The notes: a model not told the origin generated them from the letters alone. Shown: positions 25,037 to 37,868, numbered from the stretch's first letter. The stretch: DNA of 64,000 nt from Piedraia hortae CBS 480.64 (GCA_010093745.1 MU005996.1:62001-126000), one strand, 5' to 3'. Numbers and translations are program-made.

Positions 25037-28000
25037 ATGGGACACGACTGCCCTGAAGTAGAGAAAACGCCCGTTGAAGAGTATACCGTTTTTCCCTACC
25101 ATGATGACCCTGAGAACCGCTCGTGGGGCGGCGCTCTGCCCAAAAAACAAGCCCTCTATGACCCAGACCTAGAGAAAGATGCCTGCGGCGTCGGTTTCGC
25201 CGCCAATATCAAGGGCCTTCCCAGCCACAAGATCGTCAGCGATGCTCGTAGTTTGCTGTGTAACATGACCCATCGTGGAGCCGTCGGTTCCGATGCCCGT
25301 GACGGCGACGGTGCAGGCGTGATGACTTCCATTCCTCACAAGTTCTTCGTCAAAAACTTTGAGCGTGAGCAAGACATTCGCCTCCCACCCCAGGGCAAAT
25401 ATGCAACGGGAAATATCTTTTTCAAGCCCGAGGAAGAGGCTCTGCCGGCTACGACGGAGACGTTTGAGCGAATTGCGGATGATTTGGGTCTGCGCGTTCT
25501 GGGATGGCGCGATGTGCCGCGAGACAGCAGCCTTCTGGGTCCGGCTGCCCGCTCTCGAGAGCCAATCATGCGCCAGCCATTTGTCGTTCTCAAGTCGGCC
25601 TACGGTGAAAGCAACAAACCTGCCAAAGACTTTGACGACCGGTATGATGCCAAGCATTTCGAGAGGCAGCTGTACATCCTCCGCAAGCGCTCTACACATA
25701 CCATTGGTCTGCACAACTGGTTCTACCTCTGCTCCTTAAGCAACAAGAACATTGTTTACAAGGGCCAGCTATCTCCTGTTCAGGTCTACGACTACTACTA
25801 CGACCTGGTCAGTGTTGATTATGAAGCCCACTTTGCCCTTGTGCACTCCCGTTTCTCCACGAACACATTCCCCTCGTGGGATCGTGCCCAGCCGCTCCGA
25901 TGGGCTGCGCACAATGGCGAAATCAATACGTTGCGTGGCAATAAGAACTGGATGCGTGCTCGTGAGGGCGTTATGCGGTCCGACTTCTTCGGCGATGAGT
26001 TGGAGAGTCTATACCCCATCATTGAAGAGGGTGGCTCTGACTCTGCTGCTTTTGACAATGTTCTCGAGTTGTTAACGATCAATGGTGTTCTTTCACTCCC
26101 AGAAGCAGTCATGCTCATGGTTCCGGAAGCATGGCAAGGCAATGAGTCCATCAGCACTGCAAAACGAGGCTTCTATGAGTGGGCAGCTTGTCAAATGGAA
26201 CCGTGGGACGGACCGGCTCTTTTCACCTTCTCTGACGGTCGTTACTGCGGCGCCAATCTCGATCGCAATGGCCTCAGACCTTGTCGTTATTACATTTTGG
26301 ATGATGACCACATCATCTGCGCGTCCGAAGTCGGCACAATCGGCGTAGATCCCGCTAGTGTTGTGCGTAAAGGTCGTCTGCAGCCCGGTCGCATGCTTCT
26401 TGTAGACACGGAGGAAGGTCGCCTAATCGACGATGAGGAACTCAAGCGTACCGTTACTACGCGTGTTGATTTCCAGTCGTGGACTCGCTCTCAGATTATC
26501 CGTTTACCTGAACTTCACCGCCAACTCGCTGCGGAACTGAACCTCTCGCCCGTCGAAGGAGTCGATGGATCCTCTCTGAATAACGACGCTCGCCTAAAGG
26601 CCAATGGCTATTCCCTAGAACAAGTAACTCTCCTACTCGCTCCCATGGCTGCCGATTCAAAGGAGGCTCTTGGCTCGATGGGTAACGATGGTCCCCTGGC
26701 TTGTCTCGCTGCTCAGCCACGTCTCTTGTACGATTACTTCAGACAGCTATTCGCTCAAGTGACGAATCCTCCTATCGATCCCATTCGCGAGGCTGTGGTC
26801 ATGTCGTTGGCATCGTACATTGGACCCCAGGGCAATCTGCTTGAGATGAACGCCGAACAATGTCGTCGACTCTTCTTGCCCTCCCCAATGCTGTCCCTCT
26901 CTGAGCTCAATGCCATATTCCAGATGACGCGGTTATATCCTGCCTGGACGGTCGCCACGATCGACATCACCTTTGCCCGATCAGATGGCGTTGCAGGCTA
27001 TCTCGAGGCCCTGGATCGCATCAACGGGGCTTGCTCCGAGGCCATTGAGCGTGGGGACAGTGTGCTGGTACTCTCAGACCGTAACACATCTTCAAGCCGC
27101 GTGTCCATCTCGTCGTTGCTGGCCACGGGTATGGTGCATCATTACCTGGTGCAGAACCGCTGGCGCTCTCGTGTGGCTCTCATCGTCGAGACGGCCGAGG
27201 CTCGTGAAGTGCACCACATGTGTGTGCTTTTGGGCTATGGAGCCGATGCCATTTGTCCCTATCTCGCCATCGAGTGTATCGTAAAGCTCCACCGCCAAGG
27301 CTTGATCCGTAAGAAAGTCACGGAAGAGGAACTTATTGGGAACTACAAGCACTCGTGCGATGGGGGTATCTTGAAGGTCATGTCAAAGATGGGGATTTCC
27401 ACATTGCAGTCATACAAAGGCGCTCAGATCTTTGAAGCACTCGGCCTAGATGATGCCGTTGTGGAGCGTTGCTTCACGGGCACAGCAACACGCATTCGTG
27501 GCATGACGTTTGATCTCTTGGCCCAGGATGCCCTGAGACAACATGAACGCGGTTACCCACAGCACCCCGTGCTCGAGATACCGGGCCTTGCAGAGACGGG
27601 CGAATATCATTGGCGTGATGGTGGTGATGCACATGTGAATGATCCAGCCTCGATTGCCAACATGCAAGATGCGGTGCGAACCAAGAACGACAAGTCGTAC
27701 GAGGCATATGCCAAGAGCGAGTATGAGCAAATCAAGAACTGCACCCTCCGCGGCCTTCTTGATTTTGACTGGGATGCTGCACAACCAATCTCCATTGAGC
27801 AGGTCGAGCCATGGACCGAAATTGTGCGCCGCTTCGTTACCGGGGCCATGTCATATGGTTCAATCTCGATGGAATCTCATTCGACACTTGCCGTGGCCAT
27901 GAACCGTCTCGGAGGAAAGTCCAACACTGGCGAAGGCGGTGAAGACCCGGAACGTAGCAAGCCACTCGAGAATGGGGATACGATGCGTTCAGCTATCAAA

Positions 28001-31000
28001 CAGATTGCGTCTGGCCGCTTCGGCGTAACGAGCAACTACCTGGCTGATGCAGATGAGCTGCAGATCAAGATGGCCCAAGGAGCCAAGCCAGGCGAGGGTG
28101 GAGAACTACCCGGTCACAAGGTATCTGCTGCCATTGGACGCACTCGCCACTCTACTCCTGGTGTTGGTCTCATCTCGCCTCCTCCTCATCACGATATCTA
28201 TTCCATTGAAGATCTGAAGCAGCTGATCTATGATCTGAAATGCTCCAACCCACGCGCCCGAGTGTCGGTCAAGCTTGTGTCAGAAACCGGTGTCGGAATT
28301 GTTGCATCCGGTGTTGCCAAGGCCAAAGCTGACCATATCCTCATCTCAGGTCACGACGGTGGCACTGGTGCATCCAGGTGGACGGGAATCAAATACGCTG
28401 GTCTTCCATGGGAACTTGGCCTTGCAGAGACTCATCAGACTCTTGTGCTCAATGATTTGCGTGGCCGCATCGTTGTGCAAACCGATGGTCAACTGCGTAC
28501 CGGTCGTGATGTTGCCATGGCCTGTCTTCTGGGCGCCGAAGAGTTTGGTTTTGCCACAGCCCCGCTCATTGCTATGGGCTGTGTCATGCTTCGTCGTTGT
28601 CATCTGAATACTTGCTCGACCGGCATTGCGACCCAAGACCCGGAGCTACGTAAAAAATTCCAGGGCGCTCCTGAGCACGTCATCAACTTCTTTTACTACG
28701 TCAGCAACGAGCTGCGCGCCATCATGGCTCGTCTTGGGTTCCGTACTGTCAACGAAATGGTGGGACATAGTGAACTCTTGAAAGCGCGTGACGATGGCTT
28801 GACGACCAAAACTGAGAACATTGATTTGTCTCTCATTCTTACTCCAGCCCATACACTGCGCTCAGGCGTGGCCACCTACAATGTGAGGAAGCAGGATCAT
28901 CGCCTGCATGTCCGGCTTGACAACAAGCTCCTCGCCGAGTCGGAACTTGCGCTGGAAAAGGGGCTGCCATGTCGCATTGAATGTGACATTGTCAACACTG
29001 ACCGTGCCTTGGGAGCCACGCTGTCATACCACATCAGCAAACGATATGGAGGAGCTGGTCTGCCGGAAGATACGATACATGTCAACATTCGCGGCTCCGC
29101 GGGACAGTCGTTTGGAGCCACTTTGGCAGCAGGTGTGACGCTCGAGCTGGAGGGTGATGCAAACGATTACGTCGGCAAGATGTTGTCTGGAGGACGGCTG
29201 ATCATTTACCCGCCCCGTCTGTCCAATTTCAAGGCAGAGGAGAGTGTGATCATTGGCAATGTCTGTCTCTACGGAGCCACGAGCGGGACGTGCTTCTTCC
29301 GAGGCGCTGCGGCCGAACGTTTTGCCGTTCGAAATTCCGGTGCCACGGCAGTCGTTGAAGGTGTTGGCGATCATGGTTGTGAGTATATGACTGGTGGTAG
29401 AGTCATTGTGCTGGGCAACACCGGACGCAACTTTGCCGCTGGCATGTCGGGTGGTATTGCATATGTCCTGGATTTGCATCATGACTTTGTCGACAAGGTC
29501 AACCAGGAGATGGTGGAGCTGAGTGATGTGACTGATGAGAAAGAAGTGGCCTATTTACGGGGACTTATCGAGGATCATCACCACTATACGGGATCTGAAC
29601 TGGCCGCACGTGTCCTCCTCGACTTTGAAAGAGCATTGCCGCGTTTCGTCAAGGTCCTGCCGACAGATTACAAGCGAGTGCTTGAGGAGGAAGCGGCCCA
29701 AGATGCGGCATCTAAACAGGAGGAGAAAGCTTCATCCGTGCTTCCAGTGAGGGCGGCGCGAGAGATGAATGAGGGAAAGCCTGCAGAGAAAACGGAGAAG
29801 AAGGAACGACGAAATGAAATGTTGGACATTGAGGACAGCATATCAGATGGCACAAAGGCAGAGAAGCGGTCACGGCTGGTGCTAGATAAGACTCGTGGGT
29901 TCATTAAATACCAACGACGGTCAGAGAAGTATCGCAGCGCCAAGACGCGGACAAAAGACTGGGCAGAGTTGTCGCAGCGTCTGGACGAGGACGAGCTCAA
30001 GTACCAGACTGCACGATGCATGGACTGCGGAGTGCCGTTTTGCCAATCAGACACTGGCTGTCCGATCTCAAACGTGATTCCCAAGTGGAACTCACTCGTT
30101 TTTGCATCGCAATGGCGGGATGCACTGAACCGTTTACTCATGACCAACAACTTCCCAGAGTTTACCGGTCGTGTCTGTCCGGCACCTTGTGAGGGTGCCT
30201 GTGTTCTTGGCATCAATGAACAGCCGGTTGGGATCAAGACGATTGAAGCGGCAATCATCGACCGTGGCTTTGAAATGGGCTGGATGCAGCCGCAGACTCC
30301 GCCGTGGCGCAGTGGGAAGAGGATTGCAATCATAGGCTCAGGACCGGCTGGACTTGCATGTGCGGATCAGCTCAACAGGGTGGGACACTGGGTCACCGTC
30401 TATGAGCGGTCTGATCGTATCGGGGGCTTGCTGATGTATGGTATCCCGAATATGAAGCTGGACAAGAAAGTTGTTCAGCGACGTGTTGATTTGATGGCAG
30501 CAGAAGGCGTGACGTTCCACACCGGCATCACGGTAGGAGCGGGAGATGTCACTCTAGACAAGCTGCGGTCAAGCAATGATGCTGTTGTTCTGGCTACCGG
30601 AGCTACAGTCGCCCGAGACTTGCCCATTCCCAACCGCAACCTGGACGGAGTGCACTTCGCCATGGAATTCCTGCACAAGAACACAAAGAGTCTCTTAGAT
30701 TCTGGGCTGGAAGACCAAGTCTACATATCTGCCAAAGACAAACACGTCGTCGTGGTAGGCGGTGGAGATACCGGAAATGACTGCATTGGTACCTCGGTCC
30801 GTCACGGAGCCAAGTCAGTTACCAACTTTGAACTCCTTCCCGCACCTCCAGCCGAACGCGGTCGTGACAACCCCTGGCCCCAATGGCCTCGCATCGCCCG
30901 TGTCGACTACGGCCACTCAGAGGTCAAAGCCCACATGGGCCGTGACCCACGCGAATACTGCGTTATGTCGACCGATTTCGTCGACGACGGCACCGGCAAA

Positions 31001-31366
31001 GTCCGTGGCATCAACACCATCCGCGTGGAATGGACTCGATCCCCCACCGGCGGCTGGGACATGAAGAAACTCGAAGGAACAGAGGAATTCTTCCCCGCCG
31101 ACCTCGTCCTCTTATCCATGGGCTTCCTCGGCCCCGAGGAAAAAGTCCTTGGTAATGTTGAACGCGATGTACGTACAAATGTCAAAACAGCACCCGGACA
31201 TTATGCTACCAACCTTGAGGGCGTCTTCGCTGCGGGAGATTGCAGACGCGGTCAGAGCTTGATTGTCTGGGGAATTAATGAGGGACGACAAGCGGCTAGG
31301 GAGGTGGATATTTTCCTCATGGGAAAGACGAGGTTACCGGTCACTGGAGGGGTTATCAAGGAGTAG
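25037..31366 (+). CDS. GLT1: NADH-dependent glutamate synthase (GOGAT), single polypeptide, apparently intronless
   Basis: EKDACGVGF amidotransferase start, HSRFSTNTFPSW, MSYGSIS, KMAQGAKPGEGG, RCMDCGVPFC, GSGPAGL, GGGDTGNDC; 2109-aa ORF. Confidence 0.99.
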   Translation: MGHDCPEVEKTPVEEYTVFPYHDDPENRSWGGALPKKQALYDPDLEKDACGVGFAANIKGLPSHKIVSDARSLLCNMTHRGAVGSDARDGDGAGVMTSIPHKFFVKNFEREQDIRLPPQGKYATGNIFFKPEEEALPATTETFERIADDLGLRVLGWRDVPRDSSLLGPAARSREPIMRQPFVVLKSAYGESNKPAKDFDDRYDAKHFERQLYILRKRSTHTIGLHNWFYLCSLSNKNIVYKGQLSPVQVYDYYYDLVSVDYEAHFALVHSRFSTNTFPSWDRAQPLRWAAHNGEINTLRGNKNWMRAREGVMRSDFFGDELESLYPIIEEGGSDSAAFDNVLELLTINGVLSLPEAVMLMVPEAWQGNESISTAKRGFYEWAACQMEPWDGPALFTFSDGRYCGANLDRNGLRPCRYYILDDDHIICASEVGTIGVDPASVVRKGRLQPGRMLLVDTEEGRLIDDEELKRTVTTRVDFQSWTRSQIIRLPELHRQLAAELNLSPVEGVDGSSLNNDARLKANGYSLEQVTLLLAPMAADSKEALGSMGNDGPLACLAAQPRLLYDYFRQLFAQVTNPPIDPIREAVVMSLASYIGPQGNLLEMNAEQCRRLFLPSPMLSLSELNAIFQMTRLYPAWTVATIDITFARSDGVAGYLEALDRINGACSEAIERGDSVLVLSDRNTSSSRVSISSLLATGMVHHYLVQNRWRSRVALIVETAEAREVHHMCVLLGYGADAICPYLAIECIVKLHRQGLIRKKVTEEELIGNYKHSCDGGILKVMSKMGISTLQSYKGAQIFEALGLDDAVVERCFTGTATRIRGMTFDLLAQDALRQHERGYPQHPVLEIPGLAETGEYHWRDGGDAHVNDPASIANMQDAVRTKNDKSYEAYAKSEYEQIKNCTLRGLLDFDWDAAQPISIEQVEPWTEIVRRFVTGAMSYGSISMESHSTLAVAMNRLGGKSNTGEGGEDPERSKPLENGDTMRSAIKQIASGRFGVTSNYLADADELQIKMAQGAKPGEGGELPGHKVSAAIGRTRHSTPGVGLISPPPHHDIYSIEDLKQLIYDLKCSNPRARVSVKLVSETGVGIVASGVAKAKADHILISGHDGGTGASRWTGIKYAGLPWELGLAETHQTLVLNDLRGRIVVQTDGQLRTGRDVAMACLLGAEEFGFATAPLIAMGCVMLRRCHLNTCSTGIATQDPELRKKFQGAPEHVINFFYYVSNELRAIMARLGFRTVNEMVGHSELLKARDDGLTTKTENIDLSLILTPAHTLRSGVATYNVRKQDHRLHVRLDNKLLAESELALEKGLPCRIECDIVNTDRALGATLSYHISKRYGGAGLPEDTIHVNIRGSAGQSFGATLAAGVTLELEGDANDYVGKMLSGGRLIIYPPRLSNFKAEESVIIGNVCLYGATSGTCFFRGAAAERFAVRNSGATAVVEGVGDHGCEYMTGGRVIVLGNTGRNFAAGMSGGIAYVLDLHHDFVDKVNQEMVELSDVTDEKEVAYLRGLIEDHHHYTGSELAARVLLDFERALPRFVKVLPTDYKRVLEEEAAQDAASKQEEKASSVLPVRAAREMNEGKPAEKTEKKERRNEMLDIEDSISDGTKAEKRSRLVLDKTRGFIKYQRRSEKYRSAKTRTKDWAELSQRLDEDELKYQTARCMDCGVPFCQSDTGCPISNVIPKWNSLVFASQWRDALNRLLMTNNFPEFTGRVCPAPCEGACVLGINEQPVGIKTIEAAIIDRGFEMGWMQPQTPPWRSGKRIAIIGSGPAGLACADQLNRVGHWVTVYERSDRIGGLLMYGIPNMKLDKKVVQRRVDLMAAEGVTFHTGITVGAGDVTLDKLRSSNDAVVLATGATVARDLPIPNRNLDGVHFAMEFLHKNTKSLLDSGLEDQVYISAKDKHVVVVGGGDTGNDCIGTSVRHGAKSVTNFELLPAPPAERGRDNPWPQWPRIARVDYGHSEVKAHMGRDPREYCVMSTDFVDDGTGKVRGINTIRVEWTRSPTGGWDMKKLEGTEEFFPADLVLLSMGFLGPEEKVLGNVERDVRTNVKTAPGHYATNLEGVFAAGDCRRGQSLIVWGINEGRQAAREVDIFLMGKTRLPVTGGVIKE

Positions 31367-34255
31367 CGTAGCTTTGGGCAGAGGCGTATCTACAAAATTT
31401 GTTGACATTGTATGGGGTTGTTGGGGTGTGTCTATGTTTCATGAGTCTGTTCAAGCGTTACGCAGTGGTCTAGTATGTAGTGGTGTCACTGTATTATTAT
31501 GGAGATGGATAATAAGTGGCCTGGGGAACCTCCTTCCATAAAGCGTCCTCCGGCCCGTCGGATATTGGGTGGATTCCATCACTCCATGGAATGGACGGAA
31601 GTTAAGTGGAGCTGGGTAGGTCAGCCAATTTCAGTCTGCTTCACAGAAGGTGGGGTACATTCAATTTCGCCCTGGCTATATGATCTGCTGGTGGGTTGTT
31701 CGGACCAGGAAGATGTACTTATAGACTCATGTCCATTTTGGTGTAGTTGCATCTGCCTTCTGCCATGTCTTCAGATTCCCGAAGCTCAAGAGCAAGCCTA
31801 CTTGTAAAGTGGGTCATTTTTTGTAAATATATCGCTGTGTGGGGATATCCCCTCGTGGGGCTGTATTTGCCTGCTGAAGTTGCTGCTCGACGACTTTCTC
31901 GTGGTTGGCACTACAATCCAGATCATCTTCCCTTCGAAGGTCTCATCCGACAGGGGTTTCTTCCCAATCGTAATTACCGTGATCAGCCCTGTTAACAACG
32001 CCTGCATTCGATTCACCTTCGCTCAATTTTGTCAGTGTGCCAGCAGCTAGCTATAGCGGGGCACTGCCACTTTCTTGAAATCTTTTCTTCCACCACACAT
32101 TGTTCTTTCCTCAAACACGTACTCTCCATCACTCCTCCATGCACTTTTCATGTTTACCACTTACTCCCTATCATTCATGGCCTGCTCTGTGTTTCCCATG
32201 GCGACCAGAACGAATCGCCGTCTACAGCGGCCCCGCGAAGTCGCCATGGTCCTGCTCGCCTTGGGCTGGCACTCAAGTTCAGGCTCAACTTGTCTGGCTT
32301 GGGGGGTGCACCACTGCCCACTCAAAGGCAAAGGAATGGCCCGTTGCCCGTTGAAGGGCAAGGGCCATAAGGAATACAAAGATGGAACAACGCCGTTTCG
32401 ACTGAAAGATGGTCAAAGCTCACCAAAGGTTTTGTTAACCTCGTGAGAACGTAATCTCCATCGAAGATCGTTATCGCATCTGTAAGTAACTTGGTGAAAG
32501 GCTTCAGCTGCTCACTCTAACGTATGTTTGAGGGGCGATCGATTTGGCTGGCCATTCGGGGCGAGGCACTGCGCGTGCCACCAAGTCGTCTGCCCCATTA
32601 ACCAATTTTCGTGCCTGGCCGTGGAGCTCACGGATCTTATGAGTGACTGTGGAAGTCTTCAGGTTTACGCTCTGACATGTCACATAAAGAGATTGGCGCG
32701 ATGCCATTCAGAATGTGGTTTGTTCGAACCATCAGAACCTCTTTGATGGGGACAAACACGTGCGTAGCACGACAGGGTTGCCGCGTTTGTAAGTAACTTG
32801 GTGGAGAGCTTCAGCTTAACAGCTAGCGTATAATCAATAGGCAACCGCCACGGTCCTCCAGAGCTCTGATGATTGGGTTCTCTAGGGCTTCAGGGAGGCG
32901 GCTATACCCTTCGGTCAGTACAGCAGAGGAGCCGTGCAGTAAGATGGTACGTTGTCAAGGGTCTATAGAAGTCATCCTCACTGCGTGCACTACACCACTG
33001 CCTACACACCTCTGATCGACACTTCAAACTAAAATAGAGATCACATTACACAGCTATAAACAGTTTCTTTCGAAAGCTGATACCCTGAAGTTCCATAATT
33101 GTTCCAGATTCCATTCAAGTTATTCCAAAGTGTGTTGCCGCAGACATGACGCCCGTCCATCTACAGCTCGCGGCCCTTGTCGTACCAAACGGCAAATGTT
33201 ATAGTCCCAGGACATAGACATTTCCGCGAGAACGCATTTGCGATACACTACACAGAATGTTTGCTGCGACAGAGAGCGTGAACACTTGATAGTCGAGTCA
33301 TGTGAATTGCGAAGTATACTCTTTAAAAGAGCCGGGTTGTACGATCGCTATATGATGTTTTTCTAGTTCAAAATAGTGATCGAAGTGTATACAAAAGTTC
33401 CACACATTACATATGTCATCGTTCTCCTATGATACAGAACTGTATTTGTTCTCACCCCGAAGCCCTGCGTTTCTGGCTCATTAAGGGCTCCTGTTGCATC
33501 AAAGAAGACCAATCTTGATCGCGACCTATGAGTGGAAAGAGGACGATAAAGGGCTATGTGATACGGAGAATGTGGGCGCTGAATTAGGCGTGGTTGCACG
33601 CCGACCTTGTTACGCTGTACCATCGCCACACCTGCTGCGGTGCTTTGTTTCTTCTTATGTACAATCTACAAGCCCCACTACAATATATAAGCGCTACCTG
33701 AGCAGTATAGCGATGAAGCGAGCAGAATTGCGATACTGGCTTATGACTCGTCCAGAACTATTGATATATCGTTGCGGGATTTGAATTGTTTTTGAACCGT
33801 TCAAAAGTTCAACGATTGTCTTGAACAAGTGCTTGTTGAGTGATATCACTAATCATTAATTGATTGATCGAACAACCTGACCAATTATTCATTGAAAGAA
33901 CCATTTCCATAACTATTGACTAATTAAATGATGTCGCTGATCATTATTCATCTAATCCATTTATGTAAGGGAATGCTTCGGGAATCGTCAGACAGGTTAA
34001 ACCGTTCCAAAATCGTTCGTACGCTGAAACGTCGCCTTGATATTTGATTTGAGATTACCGTCGTTTGATGATCACTTCAAACAAACTATCAAATGTCCGA
34101 AATTCATTAACTGTCATTGAACGATTGAAATAGATACCACCTAGGTACATGTGACTAACTACGACTGATGGGTCGTTCATTTGCTCCTGTTCCTGCCCCA
34201 TGGTTTTCTCTAGGAGCTTCCAGATTACAGTAGGAACAGCCCGTTTCAAGCAACC

Positions 34256-34747
34256 ATGTCCGCCAATATCGGCCTCCCTACACCGAGAGGCTCCGGCACG
34301 TCGGGATACGTGCAGCGCAATCTATCGAGCCTCAAGCCGCGCGACCAATATCCGACATCAAACCAAAGTCAGGAGGAGGTGAAGAAGCTCGAGAAAAGGA
34401 AGCCAGACGCAGCGATCTTGGAGCATGAGCGACTGAGTGAAAGTCTTTGAACTGAGAGACGTACTGGAGGACGAAAGGTAAGTCCCGCAGATGGCTCTGT
34501 GAGCCTGTTTGTGTTCTGCGCAAAACCAGGACCAGCTGACTGTGATAGCTGGGACGAAGATCAAATAGTGGTTCGATGCGAGCAGCTACGCAAAGAACTC
34601 CACGGCAAAGCCATCCAGACTTCCACCAAGGAAACGAAAGATCTGAAAAGTCATCAAGTGCATGAAATTGCTCAGGCGAAGAGCGAGAGATTACGTCGCG
34701 CTTTGGGAATTTCTCGAGAGCATCAACAGCGACAGGGTGAAAGATGA
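34256..34747 (+). pseudogene. CWC21: CWC21 splicing factor copy with frameshift (intron 34478-34548)
   Basis: MSANIGLPTPRGSGTSGYVQRNL...ILEHERL, then the frame shifts at ~34436 before VKVFELRDVLEDE. Exon 2 gives LKSHQVHEIAQAKSERLRRALGIS. Confidence 0.75.
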
Positions 34748-35453
34748 TAAATATTTTGCGTGCCGTCCTTGGCCCGGAGCACATGCTTGATCCGTAATCG
34801 TTCGGTACGGTTACTACAAAAGGCACTCTACCAAGCAGCATGGCTAGCATGGCGCATAATTCAAAACGCCAACACGAGGACATACGCCCGGATCCTGTGC
34901 TTGTTTGACCTTCCCTCGTGACCAAATTTGCAGTATTACACGGCACATGCGCCTTCTACTATCCGAAGGGGTTCACGCACCGATTGATAGGCTACGACGG
35001 CTACGTCCGCTCACATGTACTAGTAATTTTCCTTTCCATTCGTGATTCAATCATGCCCGAGATCTTAGACGCCTAATGTATTTTCCTACGATGCAGTGCA
35101 CCGCTCTCCATGCGCAACAATACACTCTCTAAAGTCTTACGTTAATCTACTGGTTCTCTATCGATTTCTCTTCCAATCTCCAAAACATGAACATAGTTTC
35201 ATTTGGCAATGCGGAATCTCAAAGTGCGAAATGACTCTTCTAGTGAAAAGATTGCTGTTGCATTGTAGGTGATCAGGGCGGTTATATCCCAATCGTATGA
35301 TGTGCTTCGTGGCAATATGAGGATCCCGGCGAACACAGCTACCATGAAAATCTTGGAGAAATGCAAGTCGCTAGAGCATTGCATCGAAATTGCAGCAAAG
35401 GTCGGCAAGGAACTGTAAAAGTGCAAGCCAAGCACAGAACCACGCACTGACTC

Positions 35454-36015
35454 ATGTTCGGGAAAGTCTGTCGCGTAGGTCAATTCTACCAGTATGAAGG
35501 CCCCGCAGGGGATGCGGAACGGATGTTCCGGAAGGCGTATGCCGGCTACGAAAAGATCTTATGCAAAGGTGATGTATTTTGGCAATGGTACCCTCCACTG
35601 GCAGAGTCAAAGTTTATTTTGCCAAGAAAAAGCTTCTCAATGCCAAAGCACATTACGAGAGTGAGGTATGACTGCGCTCTCTGGAGAGCTGGCGGCCGCG
35701 AGAGCACGAGCATGCGCGATCATCGGTCAGGTTTAGCTGCTTCATTAGCTAAACTGCGAAGAAGCCGTGTCATGGTTCTAATGAGGCTTGCAAGAGAGCG
35801 ATCCCACCGATGTCTTAATATTATACGCACGCCACACCCTGGCCATGGGTTACACTCAGCTGAGAGAGTTTGGGAAAGCAAAGACGTATTCGAAGGGGGC
35901 AGGTACAAGCACTAAAATATGGCTTGAACCGAAGCACACCTATTCATGTCATTCAATTCTGCGTTCCCTGCGAAGTTTGTCTTATGTAAAGCAATGGGCG
36001 CCCATGGAAGATTGA
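35454..36015 (+). pseudogene. Fragmented TPR-repeat (NLR/kinesin-light-chain type) remnant
   Basis: VGQFYQYEGPAGDAERMFRKAYAGYEKIL and LAMGYTQLREFGKAKTY...LEPKH are TPR-like pieces in different frames. Confidence 0.5.
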
Positions 36016-37868
36016 GAAGTTTCATAGGAAGATATATATGAGCCGTCGAGAAATCAACGGAGCTGATAATGACATATCGTCCGCCGAAGAATTCGAGCCA
36101 GAGGTAATGAAATGTGTGCTCACGGGCACATTCATTTTCGTATGCTTCGCCATCATATCTGGGAATGCTCGCGATTGCAGTGATCCTCTAGGTATGCGAT
36201 GGTGTTTTGCTATGATTTCTGCCGCAAGATGACGCATCACCGGAAGAGATGTCTCGTCCTCGTGGAGGAGAGGAACAAAGCAAACGTGACCAGCGGTACC
36301 AGGAAGGCAGAATCCAGAGCTGTGAAGGAATCTTGACCGTCACAGAAGGCTCATAAACTTCATATGTTTACTGAAGGCTAAAACACAACTGTGGGTGGCA
36401 TGGTGAGGAGAAGAAGTTGCGCGGAAGCCAGTTACCTCGAACTTTGAGAAGTCGCAAGGGGGAGCAATTTCGGCAACTGACTCTGAAAAGGGGCAAAACT
36501 CTGAAGAGGAGGGCACTCGAGGAAGTGAGTTTGAAGAGGGGGAGTTTGTAAATGAAAGTTGCCCAGCAGTAGACTCTGAGGACGATGGAGGGTTACTGTC
36601 TTGCGTTACCCCTTCAACGGTCTCAAGCTGTACGGACCTGAGTTCCTTAATCCCCGAATGCAGCCCAGTAGAACATCAGCGCAGAACGACCACGTGCAGC
36701 CAAGGGGGATCGGCAGAGGCAAGTGCCATGAGGGTATGTACCTTATAATCGGTTTGGAGAACTGTCCTAAGTCTCACAGCGATGGAAAGTCGACAACGAT
36801 TAGCTTGAGTCCTATTCCATATTCTACAATACGCACGATACGTACGGTTCGTTGACTTATGAATAGATGTAGTTTTAGCCATCACAATGAGCTATGTGAT
36901 CTTATATATCAAGAAAAAGTATCCTACAGACGTATGTGGTAATTTTTGGGTGGTCGCACAAAACGGACCACTCAGGGAGGGGCTTGTTGGAGGGGAGCAG
37001 TTCGAACATAGACACAAACGAAGCAATGGTCACTGCAGCAGATTCTTGGAGCTGCAAGCGATATAATGAAGACCCGAGATTTGATGATAAGTAGCTCCAT
37101 GAAAACCTGACCGACATTATTATCGAGGTATGGTATTTGATATGTTCGAGATATGATTCGTTAAATGTTCAAGATATGACATTATGCGGACGGTGATATT
37201 ACCGCACTAATTCTTTATCGCTATGTCACGACACGAGGCTAAGGACGAGGGGTCGGGGTCGAGAGATCGATGAGAGACAAGGGTGAGAGGCTCAAAGCAA
37301 TGGGCTATGGACGAGAGGACTGCGTAGACCCTATGTAGACAGAGAACAACACATGAAGAAGAGAAGAGAAAAGTCAGTGCCGCCTGAGTACGTGCCGCAG
37401 AAGGAGACCACTAGGCTCGGGCCGTGAACAGACCGGGCCATTCCGCATGATGTAGGCTCTGAGTTCTGACATCGCTTGGCAGGATTCATTAGCATTGAAG
37501 CGTGGTGGGATTTATGAGTGTGATAGCGGGAAAATGACAGTGTGACAGCCTGGCATCTACCGGCCGCCACGTTTGTTGTCCCAGAATACTATGAGCGCGT
37601 GTGATTCACCATTATGTGTCTGATATCACACTGAGATTGAAACTGGAACGCTCGGTCGATTGAAAGATTTCTCCAAAACCAAACCCGTTGCGTGATAAGG
37701 TCTTATAAGGATGAAGATCAACTTCCACGCCCTTAACACTGTCGATCAGACACGCAGGCTCACCGTTAGCCATCCTAAAATCACGCCGTCCAGATGCACT
37801 GTCTTACCGAACGTTCCTCTACCAATACAAACTCTTAATTCTACGTGAAGCAAAATGACTAACGATTT

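Noticed and set aside
25169..31185. Numerous antisense/overlapping ORFs within GLT1 (likewise in the formin and actin)
   Set aside because: Expected shadows of codon-biased long genes.
32075..32820. CPLKGKG x2 and a ~28-bp direct repeat (32481 and 32788)
   Set aside because: Only two copies each, with no element ends, TSD or protein family identified.
33780..34140. AT-rich stretch with short palindromes as possible ncRNA, MITE or origin
   Set aside because: No clear terminal repeats, box motifs or tRNA/snRNA signature.
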